In this document: positions 54,037 to 64,000 of the stretch, piece after piece
Numbering within the stretch: the stretch's first letter is position 1
How the letters are laid out: each line of letters begins with the position of its first letter
Assembly: GCA_951406725.2 (NCBI GenBank)
Contig: OX597819.1
Span: 58,838,001-58,902,000 of the forward strand
Length of the DNA: 64,000 nt
Reading direction: 5' to 3'
Origin: Octopus vulgaris
Taxonomy: Eukaryota
Made by a program: the position numbers and the translations under genes
Notes under the pieces: generated by a model
Database searches by the model: none
The model's input: only the letters and a program-made list of their open reading frames with translations
Told to the model about the DNA's origin: nothing

Positions 54037-54378
54037 ATATATATATATATATATATATAAGTAAATAAATGGAGTTGAACGCAGATGTTATTCAAATTCT
54101 TTTACTTTCCACATATGTTTCGAAGACAACATTAGTTTTATTCCAAAGGAATAAAATAATAGGGGAGGAGGGGAAGGGGAAAGATAGGGGGTGGGTGGGA
54201 GAAGTTGTAGTAAGTGAAATGCGTAATTTTTTTACCTAAGTTTTTTTCTCCGTTAATTAGCCCGTCTATAACGCTTTCACGTAATTAGTTGAAGGTAAAG
54301 ACGAAGAGTGAAAGAAAAATGAGAGAGAAAAAGAGGGTAAGGTGAAGAGTGAGGGAGAAAGCGGAAGAGTGTTGTGTA

Positions 54379-55341
54379 TCTATTATAATGCATTAAAAGT
54401 CAAGTTGAATTTTGCTTGCTTGCAATGTTACCCAGCCAAACTGGCACATAATAGGAAAATACTATGAATTCAGTTGTCCCTGAAATGTTAATACGAACGA
54501 AATAAAACAAGTTTTGTGTAAATCAGACAAATGGCTTTTGAGATATAAGGGGTTTTCGGGGTATAAATACCCAAAACGATGCATAATGGGCAAACTTAAT
54601 CCTGAAAGGGAAGAAACTCTTACCTTTCTATTAGACACAGTAACTTGACAACGAAAAAATACGATTTGTTTTTTTACAGTAAATGCTTCTATTTTCGCTT
54701 TTGTTAAACACCATATTTTAATCATTTAGAAATATTTTTAAGTGAACGTGATTTCAAAAATTTAAGTTGTTTGTACAGTAAATATTTACATTTTAGCTCT
54801 CTTTAAACAGACAATATTTTAATGTTTTTTTAAATTATTTTCAAGTGAATGCCATTACAAAAATTGTTTTTTGGCATATTTAAAAATATTTTAAAGTGAA
54901 AATAACTATAAAAATGCGGTAACATTTAACATGTAACAGCTATTTGCGATAAGGGACCCGAAATACTTGTTACGTGGTAGCAGGGTATGCAAGAAATAGC
55001 AGTCAAATATTTCCTTTTCTGGAGAAAGGAGCCGTTTACGCGTGATTTCAATGATACATTCTTTGAAAGCGTGCGAAATAATCTGGAAAAGAAAACAAAA
55101 ACCCACGACACAAAGCTCCGTTGCTGGAAAAACTGGGACTTTCCCGGTGACCCAACGTAATGTATATATAAAGAGCATGAAGTCAAGATCGTATTCCAAT
55201 TTCCTTCACAGATTAGCGACTATCTTTTGATCCAGATACAAAACAGGCCTCGCTTTCAGGTTTTTTTAGATAAAGTTTTTCAGAAATAACCCAATAAGTT
55301 TACCAATAATTCCGTGAAATATTCACGGGTCCCGCAAGAAG
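54379..55341 (+). mobile_element. Possible old non-autonomous Helitron
   Basis: 5' TCTATTATAATGCATTAAAAG; 3' hairpin CCGTGAAATATTCACGG followed by a degenerate terminus. Confidence 0.4.
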
Positions 55342-55370
55342 TATAATACAGGACGTGTTGTATATAGGGG

Positions 55371-55398
55371 AAAGAAGAAGAAGAAGAAGAAGAAGAAG

Positions 55399-55429
<31 letters not shown>

Positions 55430-55480
55430 GAGAAGAAGAAGAAGAAGAAGAAGAAGAAAAAGAAGAAGACGAAGAAGAAG

Positions 55481-55511
<31 letters not shown>

Positions 55512-55664
55512 GGAGAAGAAGAAGAAGAAGAAGAAGAAGAAGTGGAGAAGAAGAAGAAGAAGAAGAAGAAGAAGAAGAAGAAGAAGAAGAAGAAGACGAA
55601 GAAGAAGAAGAAGAAGAAGAAGAAGAAGAAGAAGAAGAAGAAGAAGAAGAAGAAGAAGAAGAAG

Positions 55665-55696
<32 letters not shown>

Positions 55697-55717
55697 GAAG
55701 TGGAGAAGAAGAAGAAG

Positions 55718-55748
<31 letters not shown>

Positions 55749-55760
55749 GGAGAAGAAGAC
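55371..55760. repeat. (GAA)n microsatellite, ~390 bp
   Basis: Visible directly. Confidence 0.97.
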
Positions 55761-56114
55761 GTACTCTAGGCGAATTTCAGAAAGCTTAGAAGTTTTGAAG
55801 GATGTAGTGGCTCGATAGGTAACAACTGATGCACTTAGTTTATTCCATGTTTCAGCAATTCTGAGCGTGAAAATTTGTTTCCGATAATCATGAGTGATAA
55901 GCTGTTTTCTTTTTAAAAGTTTGTATGCATTCTGACGAGAGTTCTGTGTTAATGTTTCAAAGTTTTCCTCAAGGCGTTATAACATTATATTCACATAACG
56001 TAGATAAATATGTTGCAGTTTTTTTTAACGTAGACATCATATTATACGTGGATCTTCTTATCAAACAATTTAGCCATCCTTGATATATACGATGTAGTTG
56101 TAATAAAGGCTAGA

Positions 56115-56490
56115 AACTTTAGAAAGAGTGGGCAGCCGATTACAGTGACACCAGTAATCAACTAGCACTTGGTTTATTGGCTCTAAAATGATGAAGGACA
56201 AAGCTGACCACGGCAGTATTTCAAATTAAAACATAAAGAGCCCAGAGAAATACCTATTTCTTTACTACCCACAAGGGGCTAAACACAGAGAGGACAAACA
56301 AGGACAGACAAACGGATTAAGTCGATTACATCGACCCCAGTATGTAACTGGTACTTCAACTTATCGACCCCGAAAAGATAAAAGGCAAAGTCGACCTCGG
56401 CGGAATTTGAACTCAGAACGTAACGGTAGGTGAAATACCGCTGAGCATTTCGCCCGTGATGCTAACGATTCTGCCAGCTTGCCGCTTTAA
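56115..56490 (-). mobile_element. Family A SINE dimer (one diverged unit, one young unit)
   Basis: Junction GAAATAC|CTATTTCTTTACTACCC at ~56247. Confidence 0.8.
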
Positions 56491-56816
56491 AATTCGTACG
56501 TTTCTTCTCTGGTAGTAGTTGATTAATATTCTTAACGTAGCTTTTTTGTCGCTGTCGGCGTTTTCCAAGCAGTGTCACAACTTCAGTTTCAATCGAAATC
56601 AAATTTAGTTGTTTTTTTAAAATTATGTTTAACTAGTGATAAGCTACATTTAGACATAAAATTCTTGAAATCTGGTGCAGTAGAACAAAAGTTTTCCATT
56701 TTCCACGAGCGTCAAACTAATACACTTGCTTGTTGTTCCTACACCTGTCATCGTCTTTGTTTTTCTATAAATTTGAACTATATATATATATATATAGTTT
56801 TTATATAGGTATATAT

Positions 56817-56881
56817 ATGGTTTTTATATAGGTAACTTTTTTACGCACCCACGCTCTGTTTCTCTTTCTCCATTTTCTCTC

Positions 56882-56933
<52 letters not shown>

Positions 56934-57139
56934 GTACACACACTTGCATATTATTCAACTAGTTTCAGCGACTGAACTGTGACCCAGCTGGAGCAAAGCA
57001 CTGATGGGTTCAATTTACGATATCGTCGCCAACATGTCTTAACTGGGGGCTCTGTCGATGCATATTTTGCTGAACCGTTTGTTTTAGGGGGACGCAAGCA
57101 AACCAACACCGGATGTCATACAGACAGATACTTATACAT
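56817..57139 (+). repeat. Left arm of a ~320-bp inverted duplication (contains an old family B SINE tail)
   Basis: Near-identical reverse complement at 60340-60660. Confidence 0.92.
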
Positions 57140-57216
57140 ATGCGGGTGTGTGGTTGTGTGTATCTATGTGTACGAATACTTGCGTGTGTTTGTGTGTTTG
57201 TATATATATATATATA

Positions 57217-57733
57217 CTAGCAGTATCGCCCGGCGTTGCTCGGGTTTGTAAGGGAAATAACTATATAAGCATTTTTAGAGAGTTATAGCAAAAAAATGCA
57301 TTAAAAATGGAATTAAAAATGATGATAATTTTTTTTTTAAATCGTTGACTCAGTGTCTTCAAACCATGAAGTCGTTGTTCTAAAAGAACGCTGGTCTCCT
57401 TGACAACGCTTTACGACGTTGATTTCCTTACACTCCCTTCCCCACAGCTTCACAAGGGAGGGAAGAAGGGGGAGAAGCAAACAGGTGCAGGTGTGACCGT
57501 GGACGCCAACTCCGCCGCCATCGACACACGAAGAATTATGCATTAAAATGGAATAAAAAATGATGTTAAATTATTTTTAAAATCGTAGACTCATCGTAGA
57601 CGCGCGCTAATACTCAGACGGGCTCGATATGAATCACGACTATAAGATACCCGAATTTGGTTAAACTGCACCGCAAAATGTGGGAGTAGTTAGGAATCTA
57701 AATCGAAGGGGACAGACACTCACACAACTACAG

Positions 57734-57745
<12 letters not shown>
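57217..57745 (-). mobile_element. Non-autonomous Helitron
   Basis: CTAG at 57217-57220 with hairpin CCCGGCGTTGCTCGGG; 57540-57710 is homologous to 34130-34300. Confidence 0.88.
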
Positions 57746-57786
<41 letters not shown>

Positions 57787-57920
57787 CATACATACATACA
57801 TACATACATACAAACACACACATACATACATACATACATACATACATACATACATACATACATACATACATACATACATACATACATACATACATACATG
57901 TGTTTGTGTGCATACATATA

Positions 57921-58133
57921 TGAGGGAATGAGGAAGAGTTCCTGGTTTTAAGGGCATCACGAAAGGTCTAGTTGGCGGCCCAAACTTTCCGAATTCTTTT
58001 GCAGGGTTTAGCAAAACCGAACAACCGCCGCACTGTGTGAATCCGAGAGGGGAAACATGTTGAATAAAATTAAAATTTACTGATCCTCCTGTATTTTCTC
58101 TTACCCAAAGCCAGGAACTTTTCAGCACACCCG
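57921..58133. mobile_element. Tc1/mariner-type MITE (opposite orientation to 44329)
   Basis: Same TIRs and internal sequence; TA on both sides. Confidence 0.83.
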
Positions 58134-58146
58134 TATATCGATGTAA

Positions 58147-58181
<35 letters not shown>

Positions 58182-58798
58182 TGTCTGTCTGTCTGTGTGT
58201 ATGTGTGTGTGTATATCTAAATATGCATGTGTGAGTAGTTATGCAAGAAACTATTTTTTCTAACTTCATGATGTGTTTCATATATGCGGGTGTGTGGTTG
58301 TGTGTATGTATGTGTACGAATACTTACATGTGTTTGTGTGTGTGTGTTCGCGCGCGCGAGTGAGTTTTGTGCGTGCTTGTTTGTCTCAATGAGTACATAT
58401 GTGCGTATGTGTTTGTGTGTGTGTGTGTGTCTGTGTGACCGTATGTGTGTGCATACGTGTCTGTCTGTGGGTGTACTAAAAACAAAAACGATTTTAATCA
58501 TAACTTCATATGGTGTATTAAGCAAAAAAATGAAAAAAAAATGTCTCTAGTTTTAAATATAGCACAAAACTGTCCACGTGACGAATTTCATAAATATATT
58601 GCTGAGTGTAGAGAACGTTCTCTCTGTCTGTCTGTCTGTATGTATGTATGTATGAATGCATGTATGTATGTATGCATGTATGTATGTATGAATGTATGTA
58701 GGTATGTATGTATGTATGTAGATGTATGTATGTATGTATGTATTTGTATTTATATGTATGCTTGTATGTATGTATACAGATAGGTAGGTAATAAGTAG

Positions 58799-58845
<47 letters not shown>

Positions 58846-58877
58846 TATATATATATGCATATATATATATATATGCA

Positions 58878-59251
<374 letters not shown>

Positions 59252-59368
59252 CCGGGAACGCTGCCGTTGTTCTCTTTTAGAGAGACTTAGTAATTTTAAT
59301 ATTTCTATTATATGCATATATATATATATGCATGCATATATATATATGCATATATATATATATATGCA

Positions 59369-59433
<65 letters not shown>

Positions 59434-59522
59434 CAACAATTGAGGGTAAAATTAATTAATTATTAATCAATTTCACCAAGTATTCAGTATGTAAAGGGAC
59501 CATTTTAGGCGAATTCAAAATA

Positions 59523-59815
59523 TTACATTATATATAAGGGCTTAGTAAAATAAATTACTTTGCCACATACTGAACTCATTAGAAATAGCAGCTAAAGAAA
59601 TTTCTTCAGCTATTTCTAATACTTAAAGAAGATCTCTCTCAGATAGTGTTTGCCTAAACCAACTCACAACTTGTGAGTTGGTTTAGGCAAACACTATCTG
59701 AGAGAGATCTTCTTTAAGTATTAGAAATAGCTGAAGAAATTTCTTTAGCTGCTATTTCTAATGAGTTCAGTATGTGGCAAAGTAATTTATTTTACTAAGC
59801 CCTTATATATAATGT

Positions 59816-59817
<2 letters not shown>
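59523..59817. repeat. 295-bp palindrome with 1-nt spacer in (TA)n
   Basis: Centre CACAA-C-TTGTG at 59670; the arms appear identical. Confidence 0.95.
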
Positions 59818-59851
<34 letters not shown>

Positions 59852-60339
59852 CAAAGAAATTCCAACTCTGTTTTATATTTTATTTATATTCTTTATAATA
59901 TTAATGTAGAATATAGAATATATAGTATAAATAATATATATATAGCAAAATGAAATGAAGTATTGATTGTCTTATTGAATAGATGAAATATTGAATATAA
60001 AATATTAAGGGACTAGTATATTTTCTTGTATTAAAGCAGTCTTCAAGGTCCCAGATTATGTGTGTATGTATATATTTATACATATATGTATATATACATT
60101 TCATAACTAGATGCCTATCTATACATAATATGTATTTACATATTTATATACACACACAAACACACATACATATATGCGTAGCCATGGGTGTACGCTTTAA
60201 AAAGCTCACTTCGCACCCTTGTGGTTTTGAGTTCGAATCTCTGTCTATCATCTTCAGCTTGTGTTTTCTATTCTAACCTAGAGTTGATGCACAATTTCAG
60301 AACTGTGCTGAAGCCCGTTATGTACATATCTATACGTGT

Positions 60340-60660
60340 GTATAAGTATCTGTCTGTATGACATCCGGTGTTGGTTTGCTTGCGTCCCCCTAAAACAAAC
60401 GGTTCAGTGAAATATGCATCGACAGAACCCCCAGTTAAGACATGTTGGCGACGATATCGTAAATTGAACCCATCAGTGCTTTGCTCCAGCTGGGTCACAG
60501 TTCAGTCGCTGAAACTAGTTGAATAATATTCAAGTGTGTGTACGTGTGTGTGTTTGTGAGAGAGAGAGAGTCAGAGAGAGAAAGAGAGAGAGAAGTAGAG
60601 AGAAAATGGAGAAAGAGAAACAGAGTGGGTGCGTAAAAAAATTATCTATATAAAAATCAT
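60340..60660 (-). repeat. Right arm of the ~320-bp inverted duplication
   Basis: Reverse complement of 56817-57139. Confidence 0.92.
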
Positions 60661-60699
60661 AAAATGTTTCCACACGCACACACACTCACATACATACGT

Positions 60700-60822
60700 A
60701 TGCATGCATGTATGTATGTATGTATGTATGTATGTATGAATGTATGTATGTATGTATGTATGAATGTATGTATGAATGTATGTATGTATGTATGTATGTA
60801 TGTATGTATGTATGTGTGAATG

Positions 60823-60856
<34 letters not shown>

Positions 60857-61460
60857 TGTATGAATGTATGTATATATGTATGAATGTACGTATGTATGTA
60901 TGAATGTACGTATGCATGTATATATGAATGTACGCATGAATGTATGTATGTATGAATGTATGTATGTATGTATGAATGTATGTATGTATGTATGTGTGAA
61001 TGTATGTATGAATGTATGTATGTATATATGTATGAATGTATGTATGCATGTATGAATGTATGTATGTATGAATGTATGTATGTATGTATGTATGAATGTA
61101 TGTTTGTATGAATGTATGTATGTATGTATGAATGTATGTATGTATGTATGAATGTATGTATGTATATATGTATGAATGTATGTATGCATGTATGAATGTA
61201 TGTATGGATGAATGTATGTATGTATGTATGTATGTATGAATATATGTTTGTATGAATGTATGTATGTATGTATGAATGTATGTATGTATGTATATATGAA
61301 TGTATGTATGTATGAATGTATGTATGTATGTGTATGTATGCATGTAAGCATTATGTATACATGCATGTATATATGTATGTATGCATGTATGTATGCATAT
61401 ATGTTTGCATGTATGTATGCATGTATGCGTACATAAATATGTATAAATGTATGCATGCAT
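60700..61460. repeat. (TATG/AATG)n tetranucleotide satellite
   Basis: Visible directly. Confidence 0.95.
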
Positions 61461-61749
61461 GTCAATATGGACATACATAAAATTCATTAAAAATTTACAT
61501 GTATGTATGCATTTCGTAAGTTCATATGTACGTACGTACGGGCGTACTTACGTATGTATGTGTGCGTGAGTGTGTGTGTGCGTGCGTGTGCGTGTGTGCG
61601 TGTGTGCGTGTGAGTACGTGTGCGCGCGCGCGCGTTAATTTTTGTTGAATGCGTAAAGGAGGAAATCCAAAGAATTCTGAGAAAATTGAAAGCGATATTG
61701 TGGAAGTGCTTAGAGGGGGGAGAAGGTTTGGTGAGGTGAGATAGTAATT

Positions 61750-62170
61750 GCTGGGTGGTGTGGTGTTGCAGGGTGGTCGTGGATGGGAATACCATTGGAC
61801 TGGTGATGATGTTGATGGTGGTAGTGGTGGAAATGGTGGCGGTGGTGGTGTTGGTGCTGATGGTGATGGTGGTGATGGCGGTGATGGAATACAGAGTGGT
61901 TGTTGGACTGGCGTTTGCAGTGATGGTGGTGGTGGTGGTGTCGATGGTGGCAGTGGTGGAAGTGGTGGCAGTAATGATACTGGAGCTGGTGTTGATGGTG
62001 GTCGAGGTATTGGCTACTGTAGCGTTGGCGATTATTAATGGAAGTGAGGGGAGAGGGAGTGGCACGGGTGGAGTGCTGTAGGTGATAACGTCGGTAGAAG
62101 AGGTTAGCAGTTGTAGTGGGGGTGGCTGTGGTGGTGCTGGTGGTGATGAGGATGATGATGAGGATGATGA

Positions 62171-62204
<34 letters not shown>

Positions 62205-62465
62205 GGTGGCGGTGGTCGTGATGGTGGTGGTGGTGTTTGTGGTGGCAGTGATGGTAGTGGTGGTGATGGTGGTGGTGTCGGCGGCGGCGGCGGTGGTGGT
62301 GGTGGTGGTGGTGGTGATGGTGGTGGTGGTGGTGGTGGTAGTGATGGTGGTGGTGTTGGCAGTGATGGTGGTGTTGGTGGTGGTGGTGGTGGTGGTGCTG
62401 ATGATAGTTGTGGTAGTGGTGGTGGTGGCAGTGATGGTGGCGGTGGTGGTTGTGGTGGTGGTGTC
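61750..62465. repeat. (GGT/GAT)n low-complexity tract
   Basis: Visible directly; explains the Pro/Thr/Gly-rich ORFs. Confidence 0.9.
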
Positions 62466-63235
62466 ACAAGTCACTGTAAATGCTTGTAATGCTGTAATTC
62501 TGGGTGTTGGTAATGACGCATGTAAACGACTGTGGAACCAGCAGCGGGTGGTGCTGGTGCTTGGCCACAGGTCATACCTGACCCAGCTGACACTTAGTCT
62601 ATACCATCCCTGCAAATCCTCATCTTGTCCTTATGACATTATCCAATCTATTCTTTGTGTGCACGTGTGTTTTAAGAGGGTAAAGTATTATTAGAGGAAT
62701 TTTTGACTGCTATTTCTAGCCGTTCGTCTGACCAAGTAGAGTCTTCTTCCTCGTTCGACTCGAGGCTATAGCAGACTCGGCCCATGGCGGTGGAGAAACT
62801 TCAGTTTAGACGGCTAAGTTTGATATGAAGGGATGTGTGGGACGACAATGGGACCACAGCGGCGTCGGCGAAATGAAAGGAGGAAGTTGAGTTGAAGAGA
62901 AAAGGGAAGAAATAAAAAAAAAACAATGAAAACGAAGAGAGGAAGAAGATGAAGAAAATAAATGAAGATGAGAAGAGAAGATAAAGAATCGGTGAAGTTG
63001 GCGAGTAGAAGATGAAGATTCTCTGAAGATGAGAATGCGTTGACGTAACCGCCATCTCCGGAAATACGGCACAGATCTTCGTAGCAGAGTTTAGATGTCC
63101 TGAGAACTAAAAGTTATTATAAACACCACATATGGTAGCCAGACACATGGCGTAAATATAAGCAAAGCAAGTGAATAACAGAAGTCATGGGCGATGTATA
63201 CATACATGCATACATACATACATACATATATATAC

Positions 63236-63311
<76 letters not shown>

Positions 63312-63407
63312 CATATATGTATGTGTTTATAGATACATGCACACATACATTCATACATATATACACCCACATGGATATACACGCACACATGCAAATACAC
63401 ACACATA

Positions 63408-63470
<63 letters not shown>

Positions 63471-63756
63471 GGTGGTGGTGGTGGTGGTGGTGGTGGTGGT
63501 GATGATATTGTACTAACTCTACATCCGCAATGTGCTGCCATCATTCATACATTTTGCTCTCTGTTTTATTGCCCTTATTCATCTTTTAGTCCTCTTCATC
63601 TTCCTCCTCCTACTCCTCAACGTCCCTTGTCAATCACTACTGTCGTCGTCGTCGTCGTCATCATCAACACCATCATCATCATCAATGCATGCTTTTCTTC
63701 CACTCCGCCTTGGCGTTTCATTCACTCATTCTCCTGAATCTAATCATTCAATGTGA

Positions 63757-64000
63757 AGGCGCGTGGCTCAGTGGTTAAGGCATTCGGCTCACGATCGTAT
63801 GGTCGTGAGTTCAATTCCTGGCGACGTGTTGCATCCTTGAGCAAGACACTTTATTTCACGTTGCTCCAGTCCACTCTGCTGGCAAAAATAAGTAGCACCT
63901 GTATTTCAAAGGGGCCAGACTTGTCACACCCTGTGTCACGCTAAATCTCCCTCAGAACTACGTTAACGGTACATATGTCTGCGGAGTACTCAGCCACCTG
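63757..64000 (+). mobile_element. tRNA-derived SINE, family C2, running off the window end
   Basis: A-box TGGCTCAGTGG, B-box GAGTTCAATTCC and core CCTTGAGCAAGACACTT; the 3' part is shared with family C1. Confidence 0.88.

Noticed and set aside
63013-63080. Hammerhead candidate CTGAAGA...GAAA with a possible closing stem
   Set aside because: There is no NUH cleavage triplet or stem III, and stem II is poor.

Overview
This is an AT-rich, repeat-saturated eukaryotic window (intergenic or deep intronic). It is most likely from an octopus/cephalopod genome, an inference from the tRNA-derived SINE families and the microsatellite load. No host protein-coding gene could be supported; most ORFs in the track are translations of simple repeats. 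Identifiable content: more than 25 tRNA-headed SINE copies from at least 3 families, decayed LINE fragments (Tx1/L1-like, RTE-like, CR1-like), a decayed Gypsy LTR element, a tandem Helitron array with a PIF1 helicase fragment, Merlin-like and mariner-like MITEs, and several satellites. The most notable signal is a set of short non-coding fold-back insertions with Penelope-like (PLE) architecture: an inverted arm plus a longer arm with a unique tail. Two of them, plus one non-inverted pLTR-like fragment, carry hammerhead-ribozyme folds. One (23667-24240) combines a tRNA-like Pol III head, a minimal hammerhead in each arm, a 32-nt tail and a perfect 10-bp TSD. The hammerheads at 22447-22500 and 51570-51656 share a non-canonical CCGANGA core. 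All calls were made by eye, without database searches.
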